Shown: positions 19,883-29,345, numbered from the stretch's first letter. The stretch: DNA of 64,000 nt from an uncultured Gammaproteobacteria bacterium (GCA_964639785.1 CAZXEE010000001.1:179832-243831), one strand, 5' to 3'. The notes: generated by a model from the letters alone, not told the origin. Made by a program: numbers and translations.

Positions 19883-21172
19883 TTATTTTTTAACGATATC
19901 TTGCAGGCCGCGGCGGATATCCCAGTCGTCGGCTCCTCGGTCGCAATGCAACAATAGTTTAGGGAAGGCGGTTTGCAAAGCGGTTTGCATCTGATGGGCT
20001 ATCTTCCGTAAAGTCGGATGGACTGTCTTGTTGGATCTCAGTTCAACTGTGTAGACTGTGGCTGGCAGGCCGTAGGTGACGCGGCAAGGAACATTGAAGC
20101 CCATGGCGATATAATATTGTTTGGTTTCTGGGATGGTTTCCAGTTTTTCCAAAGCGGCTGTCTGTTCTGCGATCAAATTCTTGGCTTCTTCTTGGAGCTC
20201 GATCGGTAATTGTTCCAAGTACCAATTATTAAAGCCTAATTCCGTGGTTAATAGAGGCATGCGGCAGACGCCGTTGCGATGCCTTTGGATGTCGCGGAAA
20301 GAGCCGTAGTCCAGGATGAAGTCGTAGGTGACTTGGCCTAATTCAGCTAGGAAATTCGGCAGGTTGGTCTTGATCGGACGGTTGATGATAATGTCAGTGT
20401 AGTTTTCTAAATCTTCATTCTTGATAGTCGTGGTCATTTGGAAAGGAACAGGATTTTCCGGTTGGAAATAATTGTATTTGGAAATGGCATAGCCGCGGTA
20501 GGTTTCCTGTTCTTCATATAACGGATGGCTGAAACTGTGGGAATATTTTTCGCGCAACTTTTCCAGTATCCCATTGGCAATATCGCGGACTTCAGTTAAT
20601 GGATGGTGGCGCATCAATGATAATTTGTCCCAGGCTTGGCGCAGGTTGGTGTGCCAGCTCAATTGGGTGGTGATACCGGCCGGCAAGAAGCCGCGCATGG
20701 CATCGAAAGTTCTGGCTTTGACGGCTTTCTCGTAGACGGTAGCGTCTTCGTCGTCACCCTTAGGATATTTTTGCTTGATGAAATTCTGGACTTTTTCCTG
20801 GTTGTTGATGTAGAAAGCCATCCACTTGTCGTGTATCGCTTTGGATTCCGGCGTGCCTAGGGGATCGATAATGGCTTGCTTGCTCATGTCGATATAACGA
20901 GTAGAGGTTTCCTGGCCGGAGTACAATTGGTTGTCTTGGATAGCTTTGTCAGCCAGGATACTGAGCTGTTCTATGAAGATGGTAGTAGAACCGCAATCGG
21001 CGATACTCATGTGGCCATAGCCGACATAGAAAGTTTCCATGAATTTTCCGGAGCCGCTTTGCTTTACTTTCTCCACGTGTTCTTCGACGCTCTTGGGACT
21101 GCGGGAATAGAGGGCTTGCATCATCGCTGTGTCCTCCGGTCCGAACTCGTCATACACAAAAATCTTAGCCAT
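19883..21172 (-). CDS. thyX: ThyX-family flavin-dependent thymidylate synthase, fused/duplicated long form
   Basis: 429 aa. First half has GHMSIADC...SGQETSTRY (SxRY kept, RHR lost). Second half has FRDIQRHRNG (RHR motif). Flanked by dCMP deaminase and kinases. Confidence 0.65.
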   Translation of the reverse strand: MAKIFVYDEFGPEDTAMMQALYSRSPKSVEEHVEKVKQSGSGKFMETFYVGYGHMSIADCGSTTIFIEQLSILADKAIQDNQLYSGQETSTRYIDMSKQAIIDPLGTPESKAIHDKWMAFYINNQEKVQNFIKQKYPKGDDEDATVYEKAVKARTFDAMRGFLPAGITTQLSWHTNLRQAWDKLSLMRHHPLTEVRDIANGILEKLREKYSHSFSHPLYEEQETYRGYAISKYNYFQPENPVPFQMTTTIKNEDLENYTDIIINRPIKTNLPNFLAELGQVTYDFILDYGSFRDIQRHRNGVCRMPLLTTELGFNNWYLEQLPIELQEEAKNLIAEQTAALEKLETIPETKQYYIAMGFNVPCRVTYGLPATVYTVELRSNKTVHPTLRKIAHQMQTALQTAFPKLLLHCDRGADDWDIRRGLQDIVKK

Positions 21173-21193
21173 AGTTATGTAATTATTTTTTAT

Positions 21194-21688
21194 TTATTGT
21201 TTTTCATATTGTAATACCTCGTCATTGACGTATTCCAGAGAAATTCCAGCTTGCCTGAACATCTCTTCTGATTCTTCTCCGGCATGGTATTTCTTTTCGC
21301 ACATCACGCGGACGATACCGCAATTGATGATCAGCATGGCGCAGGTCCGGCAAGGGGTCATACGGCAATATAATGTGGCTCCTTGTAATGAGATTCCTAG
21401 CTTAGCAGCTTGGCAGATGGCATTCTGTTCAGCGTGGACAGTGCGGACGCAATGCTGGGTGATGTTCCCGTCTTCGTGGATCATTTTTTTCATCTGATGA
21501 CCGACTTCATCGCAATGGGGTAGTCCTTTCGGGCTGCCGACATAGCCGCTGACCAGCAATTGCCTGTCTCGGGCGATTACGCAACCGCTTCGACCGCGAT
21601 CGCAAGTAGCTCGTTTGGCTACGGTGTTGGCGATCTCCATGAAATATTCGTCCCAAGAGGGGCGGCGATATGGCTCATTTTCACTCAT
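21194..21688 (-). CDS. comEB: Deoxycytidylate (dCMP) deaminase
   Basis: 164 aa. Zinc motifs VHAEQNAI and PCRTCAMLI. Confidence 0.88.
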   Translation of the reverse strand: MSENEPYRRPSWDEYFMEIANTVAKRATCDRGRSGCVIARDRQLLVSGYVGSPKGLPHCDEVGHQMKKMIHEDGNITQHCVRTVHAEQNAICQAAKLGISLQGATLYCRMTPCRTCAMLIINCGIVRVMCEKKYHAGEESEEMFRQAGISLEYVNDEVLQYEKQ

Positions 21689-21812
21689 AATTTTAGAGAT
21701 AATGAATTAAGGCGCAAGCTCATTTTAACAAAATAAAAGTGGCGGCGCAATATTGACAATATGATGGATATGGTTCGAAAATGGCCATTTTTGGTAATAA
21801 AAGAAGGGGTTT

Positions 21813-22076
21813 TTAAAACCCCTTCAATATCTTTTTAAAAAATTTTGGCGTTGCCCATTTAATGCCGGAAGCTATCAGGCGCCAGAGCAGGAAGATTATT
21901 CCGACAATCATCTTGATGATGAGTATCGGGATCCATTGGAGCCATTTATTCCGGCTGGCCGGTTTGGGCCTAAGCTTCTTGATGAGGCTAGGCGTCTGGG
22001 CATTTCCTAAAGAACTATTGGCGACAATCATTGCGATTACCACCATTATTAATATTACAACCAGGTCATTATGCAT
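21813..22076 (-). CDS. Small membrane protein
   Basis: 87 aa with two hydrophobic helices. Has its own TTGACA-17-TATAAT promoter and leader motif. Confidence 0.45.
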   Translation of the reverse strand: MHNDLVVILIMVVIAMIVANSSLGNAQTPSLIKKLRPKPASRNKWLQWIPILIIKMIVGIIFLLWRLIASGIKWATPKFFKKILKGF

Positions 22077-22120
22077 CTGAGTATGGTTTTTTGTTTGATA
22101 AAAGGACTATTATGGTTATA

Positions 22121-22149
22121 ATTATAGCATTTTTTGTTGTTTTTGTCAA
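22121..22149 (-). promoter_or_regulatory. Sigma70-type promoter for the 87-aa gene
   Basis: Minus strand: TTGACA (22144-22149), 17-nt spacer, TATAAT (22121-22126). Confidence 0.5.
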
Positions 22150-22200
22150 TTATAATTAGCTCGGTTTTGTTTTATCGCCTTCTTGCGTTATAATATAGAT

Positions 22201-22470
22201 ATGTTAGAACAATATCGACAAATACTAGAAGATAAGGGCGAAGCTTATCTCCGGGTTAAGGCTCGTCCGGGTGCGCCGCGGACGGAGTTGAAGGCTGTTA
22301 TGGCGGATGAGACTATCAAGATCGACATTGCAGCTGCTCCAGAGAACGGCCGGGCCAATGAGGAGTTAATCGCTTTCTTGGCCAAGGAGTTCCAATTGGA
22401 CAAGAAAGCTGTCCGGATCCTGAGCGGAGCAGGCGATCGTCTAAAATTAATCAAGGTTACTAAATCATAA
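22201..22470 (+). CDS. DUF167 (YggU) family protein
   Basis: YLRVKARPGA...IDIAAAPENGRANEELIAFLAKEF matches the YggU pattern. ATG 22201 preferred over TTG 22183. TATAAT at 22189-22194 implies a very short or absent leader. Confidence 0.8.
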   Translation: MLEQYRQILEDKGEAYLRVKARPGAPRTELKAVMADETIKIDIAAAPENGRANEELIAFLAKEFQLDKKAVRILSGAGDRLKLIKVTKS

Positions 22471-22471
22471 T

Positions 22472-23317
22472 ATGAATATTTCTGTAATTATCGTTTCCTG
22501 GAATGTGCGGGAAAAATTAAGAGAGAATCTCAAGGCATTATTCGCTTCCCAGGGCGATGTCCGCTTTGAGGTTTTTGTCGTTGATAATGCTTCTGCTGAC
22601 GGTTCGGCTGAAATGGTGGAAAAAGAATTTCCTCAGGTTAAGTTGATTATCAACCCGGATAATTTCGGCTTTTCCCGGGCTTGCAATCAGGGCATCAGGG
22701 AATCAGCAGGTGATTTCGTATTGCTGCTCAATCCCGATATGAAAGTCTTTCCGGAAACCTTGGCGGCGATGTTGGAATTCATGAAAGAGCAGAAATCAGC
22801 GACTGTAGCCGGTTGCCATCTGGTCGATCAGACAGGAAAGACAGTGGAACAAGTGCGACGCTTCCCGAGATTGAAGGATCAGTTGATTGTTATTTTAAAG
22901 TTGCCTCACATTTTTAAGAAGATCAATCGGAAATATCTTTGTTCCGATTTTGATTATAATCGGTCTCAGTCGGTTGATTCGATTCGAGGATCTTTCTTTA
23001 TGATCAATAAGTCTAATTTTGGTGAGCTGCCATTATTAGATGAGCGTTATTTCATCTGGTTTGAAGAGGTAGATTTTTGCCGCCAGGTCAAGAGTCGCGG
23101 CGGGGAAGTTTGGTATAATGCGGCCGCTCGTTGCGAAGATTACGTGGGAGCCAGTTTCAGCCAGGTCAAAAGAGGCCGGACCCAATTGTATTTCCGTTCT
23201 TCAATGTTAAAGTATTTCTTAAAATGGCAGCCTTTTCATGAATATCTGATTCTTTATTTGGCTTGGTTGCCGATTTTTATAATTACTAAGATTCTATGTC
23301 TAAGAAAGTCGCGATAA
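22472..23317 (+). CDS. Glycosyltransferase family 2
   Basis: ISVIIVSWN, VVDNASADGS, LLLNPD, FEEVDFC motifs. Confidence 0.85.
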   Translation: MNISVIIVSWNVREKLRENLKALFASQGDVRFEVFVVDNASADGSAEMVEKEFPQVKLIINPDNFGFSRACNQGIRESAGDFVLLLNPDMKVFPETLAAMLEFMKEQKSATVAGCHLVDQTGKTVEQVRRFPRLKDQLIVILKLPHIFKKINRKYLCSDFDYNRSQSVDSIRGSFFMINKSNFGELPLLDERYFIWFEEVDFCRQVKSRGGEVWYNAAARCEDYVGASFSQVKRGRTQLYFRSSMLKYFLKWQPFHEYLILYLAWLPIFIITKILCLRKSR

Positions 23318-24357
23318 TCCTGATTAATTACAAGGATTATGCCAAAAAATATCTGGCGGAGTGTTTAGACGGCTTGCGCCGCCAGGATTATGCTGGCCAT
23401 TCCCGTTTGTTCATTGTCGATAATGCCAGTACCGAAGACAGTTGGAAATATCTGAAAGAGCTGGCGCCGGAAGCGGAGATTATCCGGAATGAAAACAACG
23501 ATGGTTTTGCTAAGGGTAATAATGATGCTATGCGGGTGGCGATGGCTTTAGATTTTGATTATGTTTTTCTGTTGAACATGGATACGATCATCACGGAAAA
23601 TTGTTTGAGCGAATTGGTCAAAGCGGCGGAGATCGATACCAAGGTGGGAGCGGTCCAGGCTCGCTTGATGCTCCATCCAGAAACCGAATTGATTAACAGT
23701 TTAGGGAATACTACTCATTTCTTGGGCTTCGGTTATTGCGTTGGTTATCGGGAAAAGATGGATGACCAGAAGATGGCCATCAGGGATATCATGTATCCGT
23801 CTGGAGCGGCTGTCTTGTTTCCGGTTTCCGCTTTGCGCGAGGTCGGATTATTGGATGAAGTGTTCTGGATGTATAATGAGGATCAGGATTTGGGTTGGAG
23901 ATTGTGGTTAGCTGGTTATTCTTGCATTGTCGCTCCGGTGGCTGTGGTCTATCACAAATATGAATTTTCTAAATCGATCAGCAAGTATTATTGGATGGAT
24001 CGTAATCGGGTTCTCGCTATGTGGAAGAATTATCGTTTGCTGACTTTGGTGTTAATTTTTCCGGCTTTTGTTATAATGGAGTTGGGTTTGCTGTTATTCG
24101 CTATCAAGGGCGGTTGGCTGAAGGAGAAGCTGAAGGTCTGGGCCTACTTCCTAAAACCGGCTACTTGGATTTATATTATAAAAGAGAGAGCCAGTGTTCA
24201 GTTAACCAGGAAGGTCGGAGATTATCAGATATTATCGTTATTTTCCGGTCGGATCTGGTATCAGGAAGTGGGCGATTGGAAGCTGAGGGCTGTTAATCCT
24301 GTCTTTGCCGCTTACTTCTGGTTAGTTAAATTATTAATTAAATTATTCCGGGTTTAA
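23296..24357 (+). CDS. Glycosyltransferase family 2 with C-terminal TM helices
   Basis: VAIILINYK, IVDNASTEDS, FLLNMD, NEDQDLGWR motifs. Confidence 0.85.
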   Translation: MSKKVAIILINYKDYAKKYLAECLDGLRRQDYAGHSRLFIVDNASTEDSWKYLKELAPEAEIIRNENNDGFAKGNNDAMRVAMALDFDYVFLLNMDTIITENCLSELVKAAEIDTKVGAVQARLMLHPETELINSLGNTTHFLGFGYCVGYREKMDDQKMAIRDIMYPSGAAVLFPVSALREVGLLDEVFWMYNEDQDLGWRLWLAGYSCIVAPVAVVYHKYEFSKSISKYYWMDRNRVLAMWKNYRLLTLVLIFPAFVIMELGLLLFAIKGGWLKEKLKVWAYFLKPATWIYIIKERASVQLTRKVGDYQILSLFSGRIWYQEVGDWKLRAVNPVFAAYFWLVKLLIKLFRV

Positions 24358-24361
24358 TACT

Positions 24362-25159
24362 ATGGACTTATCAATCATCATCGTCAATTATAAGAGCAAG
24401 GTCAAAACCACTAGATGTCTGGAGGCTATCTTCAAATCTGATTTTAAGGGATTGAAATATGAAGTGATCGTAGTCGACAATGCTTCCGGTGATAATCTGG
24501 ATGACTTGGCTCAGAAGCATGCTGAATTGAAACTGCTATATAGTTCGCGGAATCTAGGTATGGGCGGCGGTAATAATCTGGGCCTCAAGGAAGCCAAGGG
24601 CCGTCTTATCCTGATCCTTAATCCAGATACCGTAGTCCATCCGAGTGCTATCCGGACCTTATTTGATTATCTGGATTCTCATCCGGATGTCTATATCGTC
24701 GGTCCGAAGCTCTTGAATCCGGATGGTACCTTGCAGCCTTCATGTTCTCGTTTTCCTAAAGTATATACTCCAGTATTGCGCCGGACTTTTTTGGGAGATT
24801 TCTTCAGTTCCAGTCGGGACAAGTTCATGATGACTGATTTCGATCATGAAGAGATTAAGGAGGTTGATTGGTTAATGGGTTCATGCCTGTTGATCAAGAG
24901 TGATGGCTGGGAGGGATTCGATGAGAGATTTTTCATGTATTTTGAGGATATCGATGTCTGCCGCCGCGCTTGGCGCTTCAAGAAGAAAGTGGTCTATGAT
25001 CCGCAGGCTATTGTCATCCATGACCATGCCCGGCAGAGCGCCCGCCACCCTTGGTATATTGCTCCTTTTACTGACAAGATGACGCAGGAGCATATCAAGT
25101 CCTGGGTCAAGTATTTCTGGAAATGGAAAACAAAAAATAATCTAATTTTAACCATATGA
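24362..25159 (+). CDS. Glycosyltransferase family 2
   Basis: LSIIIVNYK, VVDNASGDN, LILNPD, FEDIDVC motifs. TGA stop overlaps the galU ATG (ATGA). Confidence 0.85.
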   Translation: MDLSIIIVNYKSKVKTTRCLEAIFKSDFKGLKYEVIVVDNASGDNLDDLAQKHAELKLLYSSRNLGMGGGNNLGLKEAKGRLILILNPDTVVHPSAIRTLFDYLDSHPDVYIVGPKLLNPDGTLQPSCSRFPKVYTPVLRRTFLGDFFSSSRDKFMMTDFDHEEIKEVDWLMGSCLLIKSDGWEGFDERFFMYFEDIDVCRRAWRFKKKVVYDPQAIVIHDHARQSARHPWYIAPFTDKMTQEHIKSWVKYFWKWKTKNNLILTI

Positions 25160-26034
25160 GTAAGATCAACAAAGCTATTCTGCCGGTGGCCGGTTTCGGT
25201 ACCCGGTTTTTGCCGGCCACTAAGGCTCAGCCAAAAGAGATGCTGCCGATTGTCGACAAGCCGGCTATCCAATATTTGGTAGAGGATGCCGTCAAGGCGG
25301 GAATCGAGGAGGTCATCTTCGTTACCGGCCGCGGCAAGCGGGCAATCGAGGATCATTTCGATTATTCTTTCGAATTAGAAAAGACTTTGGTGGAAAAGAA
25401 CAAGATGGACTTGGTCAAGAAGATCCAAGAGATCGATTCATTGGCCAAGTTTTCCTATGTCCGCCAGCCGATTCCATTGGGAGATGGCCATGCTATCAAC
25501 TGCGCTGCTCATCTGGTGGGTGATGACGAATCGGTCTTGATCATGTTCGGTGATACTTTATATGACGCTCCGGTTTCTCCGGCTAAGCAGATCATTGATG
25601 TCTTTGAAAAATATGGTTATCCAGTTGTCGGATTGTCCGAGGTCAAGCCGGAAGAAGTTAGTAAGTTCGGCGTGATTGACGGTATTGATATCGGCGATGG
25701 CGTCTATGAGATCAAGAAATTCGTCGAGAAGCCGAAGCAGGAAGAAGCGCCGTCTAATCTGGTGGCGGTCGGCATCTATGTTATTACTCCGGAAGTCTTT
25801 CGGATCTTGTCCGAAATGAAAGACGGCAAGTCCGGTGAAGTCCGTCTGGCCGATGCTTTCGATATCATGCTTAATTCCGGCAAGCCTCTGTATGGCAAGA
25901 AGATTGATGGCGATTGGTTGGATACCGGTAACAAGTTCAATTTTATCAAGGCTACTCTGACTTTGGGATTGAAGGACCAGGAAATCGGTGGGGAACTGAA
26001 AGAGTATTTGAAAGGGTTCTGTGACAAGTTATAA
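25156..26034 (+). CDS. galU: UTP--glucose-1-phosphate uridylyltransferase
   Basis: KAILPVAGFGTRFLPATKAQPKEMLPIVDKP; VEKP motif; 292 aa. Confidence 0.9.
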   Translation: MSKINKAILPVAGFGTRFLPATKAQPKEMLPIVDKPAIQYLVEDAVKAGIEEVIFVTGRGKRAIEDHFDYSFELEKTLVEKNKMDLVKKIQEIDSLAKFSYVRQPIPLGDGHAINCAAHLVGDDESVLIMFGDTLYDAPVSPAKQIIDVFEKYGYPVVGLSEVKPEEVSKFGVIDGIDIGDGVYEIKKFVEKPKQEEAPSNLVAVGIYVITPEVFRILSEMKDGKSGEVRLADAFDIMLNSGKPLYGKKIDGDWLDTGNKFNFIKATLTLGLKDQEIGGELKEYLKGFCDKL

Positions 26035-26056
26035 TCGTGGTGATATATAATACAAA

Positions 26057-26090
26057 AGAGCCGCTTTGAGAAGCGGCTCTTTTTATTTTT
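26057..26090. terminator. Bidirectional terminator (galU / PEGA gene)
   Basis: AGAGCCGCTT-N4-AAGCGGCTCT hairpin followed by TTTTTATTTTT. Confidence 0.65.
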
Positions 26091-26096
26091 AATCTT

Positions 26097-27014
26097 TTAT
26101 TTAATAAACAATTTATACAACCCCTCCTGGTTTCCAATCTTGGCGGTGAAGTACAGGGTGTCGCCTTTGGAGTTGAGGACTGGAGCTGATATCTTTTCCA
26201 GGCTGACTAAGACAGTGGGGTTTTCCCGGTCTTTGAGATTGATGACATTGATAGCTTTGTCGGTGGAATAGACGATGTAGCCGCCTTGGCGCCAAGCAAC
26301 TGAAGTTATTTTCTGGCTTAGCCTGGTAATCAGGGTGTGCTTATTCTCTTTGGCATCGAACAGGTATATTTCCCAATCGGTAGCATAAACCAAGAGGTCA
26401 GAACTGATCAGGGAAAGATATTTGACGTCTTTAGGCTTGATGATCTTATCGGAATCTTCTGGCCGCTTGAAGGTGTCGGCAGAAAGGGTGATTTGGGTTT
26501 CAGCTTCAGTTTTCAAGTCGATTATCTTCTTTTCATCCTGGAGCATGACGTAGCCATCATCGTTAGTTATCTTTATCCCTTGGGTCTTGGCATCGAATAT
26601 CTTCAATGGCAGGTCTTGGCGGAAAAGGTCGATGTCTTCTAGATAAGTAGCTTCGCTCGGGTAGACGCGCAGCTTCTTCTCATATGGCCAATAGCCGGCT
26701 AATTCGAAACGGACTAGGTATTCCCCCGGAAGGAGATTTTTGATCTTGGCTGGAGTATTGTAGTATTTGTTAGTCTTGGAGCCGAAATATTTTCCGATCA
26801 AGTCTTGGTTTTTGTTGCTGCTGATCGAGATAGTGGCTCCTTCTGGATCGGAATTCAGGATCAAGGTGCCGGTCTGTTGCAAGATGGTTTTGAAATTAGG
26901 CGGCCAAGACAGACTAAGCCGATAGCCGGTGGCATAAAGGGAAATCAAAGTGGTCGCAACGATAAAGATTGCGAAGAATAGCCAGAAGATGAAATTACGG
27001 ATGCGGACAGTCAT
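26097..27014 (-). CDS. PEGA domain-containing membrane-anchored protein
   Basis: 305 aa. N-terminal TM helix, LNSDPEGATISI (PEGA motif), beta-rich C-terminal half. Confidence 0.7.
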   Translation of the reverse strand: MTVRIRNFIFWLFFAIFIVATTLISLYATGYRLSLSWPPNFKTILQQTGTLILNSDPEGATISISSNKNQDLIGKYFGSKTNKYYNTPAKIKNLLPGEYLVRFELAGYWPYEKKLRVYPSEATYLEDIDLFRQDLPLKIFDAKTQGIKITNDDGYVMLQDEKKIIDLKTEAETQITLSADTFKRPEDSDKIIKPKDVKYLSLISSDLLVYATDWEIYLFDAKENKHTLITRLSQKITSVAWRQGGYIVYSTDKAINVINLKDRENPTVLVSLEKISAPVLNSKGDTLYFTAKIGNQEGLYKLFIK

Positions 27015-27017
27015 ATA

Positions 27018-28277
27018 TTATTCAATGCGTTTGATATCGGCGCCGATAGCAGCCAATCTTTCATCCAGTTTTTCATAGCCGCGGTCGATCTGGTAAATAT
27101 TGTCGATCTCGGTGCTGCCTTCAGCGATCAATGCGGCGATGACTAAGGCAATACCGGCCCGGATATCAGGCGAGATCATTCTTTTGCCATACAGTTTGCT
27201 GGGACCGCTGACTACGACGCGATGCGGGTCGCACATGATGATATTGGCATTCATCTGGGAAAGGGTATCGGTCCAGAGTAGGCGACGGTCATAGATGCTT
27301 TCTTGAATCAGTGAATTGCCTTCAGCTTGGGTCATGAGGACGACATAGGGTGACTGCAGGTCAGTCGGGAAGCCTGGATATTCGTGGGTCTTGATGTTAT
27401 ATGGCTTGATATGCTCGGCCGGTTTCATCTTCAAGTAATCTTCTCCCGCTTCAAAAGGGATGCCGATTTTTTGGAAGATGGATAGGAGGCTCATCAGGTG
27501 TTTCGGGTTACAATGGGTGATGGTAATTTCAGACCGGCTAGCGGCGGCTAACAAAGCGAAAGAACCGGCTTCAATCCGATCCGGGATAACTTGGCATTCG
27601 CCGGCGCTGATGCTGGCGACACCTTCAATCTCAATAGTTGGAGTTCCAGCTCCTTTGATTTTGGCCCCCTGGCTATTCAAATAGTCGGCCAAAGCTTCGA
27701 TTTCCGGTTCCATGGCGCAATTGCGCAAGATAGTCTTTCCCGGAACTAAGGTAGCGGTCATCATCAAAGATTCAGTAACGGTAACGCTGACGGTTGTGAA
27801 AAAATATTCAGCTCCATGCAGTTGGGTGGCCTTGATATGATAATCTTTATCGGTAACTTCTATTTCTGCACCGAAGGCTTTAAAGCCTTCCAAAAACAGA
27901 TCGATCGGCCGGCCGCCGGCACCGATGACGCAGCCTCCAGGGTGAGGGAACTTCGCTTCGCCTAAGCGGACCAGTATCGGGCCGACGAACATGACTGAGG
28001 TTCGGAATTTATCGGCCAACTTGTTAGGGAATTCGGTTTGGTTGATTCCGGTGGTGTCGATTTCGACGAAATTCTTGCCGCGTTCGATCTTAGCGCCTAA
28101 TTCAACGATCAATTCTAGCGATTTATCGACATCTTCGATGTTAGGCAGATTCTTGATGGTAGTTTTGCCTTTGGATAGGATGGTGGCCGGTATGATCTTG
28201 AGGGCCATATTCTTGGCGCCTCCGACAGGGATTTCTCCTTTTAACGGTTTTTGGCCGGAAATGATGAATTTTGGCAT
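27018..28277 (-). CDS. murA: UDP-N-acetylglucosamine 1-carboxyvinyltransferase
   Basis: 419 aa. GAKNMALKIIPA, PGGCVIGAGGRPIDL (catalytic Cys loop), DRGYEKLDERL. Confidence 0.93.
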   Translation of the reverse strand: MPKFIISGQKPLKGEIPVGGAKNMALKIIPATILSKGKTTIKNLPNIEDVDKSLELIVELGAKIERGKNFVEIDTTGINQTEFPNKLADKFRTSVMFVGPILVRLGEAKFPHPGGCVIGAGGRPIDLFLEGFKAFGAEIEVTDKDYHIKATQLHGAEYFFTTVSVTVTESLMMTATLVPGKTILRNCAMEPEIEALADYLNSQGAKIKGAGTPTIEIEGVASISAGECQVIPDRIEAGSFALLAAASRSEITITHCNPKHLMSLLSIFQKIGIPFEAGEDYLKMKPAEHIKPYNIKTHEYPGFPTDLQSPYVVLMTQAEGNSLIQESIYDRRLLWTDTLSQMNANIIMCDPHRVVVSGPSKLYGKRMISPDIRAGIALVIAALIAEGSTEIDNIYQIDRGYEKLDERLAAIGADIKRIE

Positions 28278-28358
28278 ATTTTAGCTTTATAGTTTATTAT
28301 GATTAAACTATAACCTATCCTGAGTTATTTTTCAATCTTAGCCGCCTTTATCGTTTAT

Positions 28359-28386
28359 TTGACATTTTCTGGTTTTTTGCTATGAT
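28359..28386 (+). promoter_or_regulatory. Sigma70-type promoter upstream of rplU
   Basis: TTGACA (28359-28364), 16-nt spacer, TATGAT (28381-28386). Confidence 0.5.
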
Positions 28387-28437
28387 ATCTAAAGATATTT
28401 AGGAATATCTTTTTTATTTATTATAACCAGTATTTAT

Positions 28438-28752
28438 ATGGCAAAAATCGCAGTTATCAAAACCGGCGGTAAGCAATACAGAGTTCAAGAAGGCGAAGTC
28501 GTCAGAATTGAAAAATTGGACCAGAAAGTCAACGACAAAGTCACTTTTGAAACCTTATTGGTAGCTGATGCTGATGGCAAGGAAGTTAATATCGGTACTC
28601 CATCACTCGGTGAAAAAGTTACCGGTGAAATTATCGAAGAAGGCAAGGATGACAAGGTAACCGTAGTTAAGTATAAGAGCAAGACTCGTTACAAGAGAAC
28701 CTTGGGACACCGTCAACCGTATATGTCTGTTAAGATCACTTCTATCGCTTAA
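28438..28752 (+). CDS. rplU: 50S ribosomal protein L21
   Basis: MAKIAVIKTGGKQYRVQEG ... KYKSKTRYKRTLGHRQ; 104 aa. Confidence 0.93.
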   Translation: MAKIAVIKTGGKQYRVQEGEVVRIEKLDQKVNDKVTFETLLVADADGKEVNIGTPSLGEKVTGEIIEEGKDDKVTVVKYKSKTRYKRTLGHRQPYMSVKITSIA

Positions 28753-28768
28753 TAGTCCAAACATAAAA

Positions 28769-28792
28769 AACCGCTATTTCAGCGGTTTTTTG
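28769..28792 (+). terminator. Rho-independent terminator after rplU
   Basis: AACCGCT-N5-AGCGGTT followed by TTTTT. Confidence 0.65.
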
Positions 28793-28800
28793 GTACCCAT

Positions 28801-28830
28801 TTGACATTTTTAGAATCTTTTGGCTATAAT
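28801..28830 (+). promoter_or_regulatory. Sigma70-type promoter for the 130-aa gene
   Basis: TTGACA (28801-28806), 18-nt spacer, TATAAT (28825-28830). Confidence 0.5.
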
Positions 28831-28868
28831 AATATCATTCACTGAAGTCTAACCAAATCTGTTTAGTA

Positions 28869-29261
28869 ATGAGTCGTACTTTTAAAGATCAGATCAAGAG
28901 CCGTCAGTCGGACAGCTCAGAAGAAAAGTTTATTCCTAAGGGAGTTGTTATTTTAAATAATGGCCAGGAGCTTTTCGTTGATAAAAAATTTATTTCCGGT
29001 TTTACTTTTCGGGCAAATAATTCCAAGGAGGATAAGGCCTTGAACCAAAAGACCTTTCACCAGTTGGTATCAAAAGCCAAAGAAACCGGTATTCGCCTGT
29101 TCGGCGCTAGCCCTCATAAGATGGGGCGTAACAACGCTGACCGTTTCGAAAATTTTATCAAGCAAAATGGTCTGAAAAAGGGTTGTAATTATCAAATCAA
29201 AGAAGTAGTTAAAGAAAAAAGGGAACTTTCCGGGGAAATGAAACAACCGGAGGTGGTTTAG
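28869..29261 (+). CDS. Hypothetical basic protein
   Basis: 130-aa ORF with its own promoter and terminator. No domain recognised. Confidence 0.45.
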   Translation: MSRTFKDQIKSRQSDSSEEKFIPKGVVILNNGQELFVDKKFISGFTFRANNSKEDKALNQKTFHQLVSKAKETGIRLFGASPHKMGRNNADRFENFIKQNGLKKGCNYQIKEVVKEKRELSGEMKQPEVV

Positions 29262-29308
29262 TTTAGGGTTGTTCGTTGTTTACTGTTCGTTGTTCGTTTT
29301 TTTGGGTG

Positions 29309-29341
29309 ATCCCCGTTGCAAAGCAACGGGGATTTTTTTTG
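29309..29341. terminator. Bidirectional terminator (130-aa gene / recR)
   Basis: ATCCCCGTTGC-AAA-GCAACGGGGAT followed by T8. Confidence 0.65.
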
Positions 29342-29345
29342 TCTA

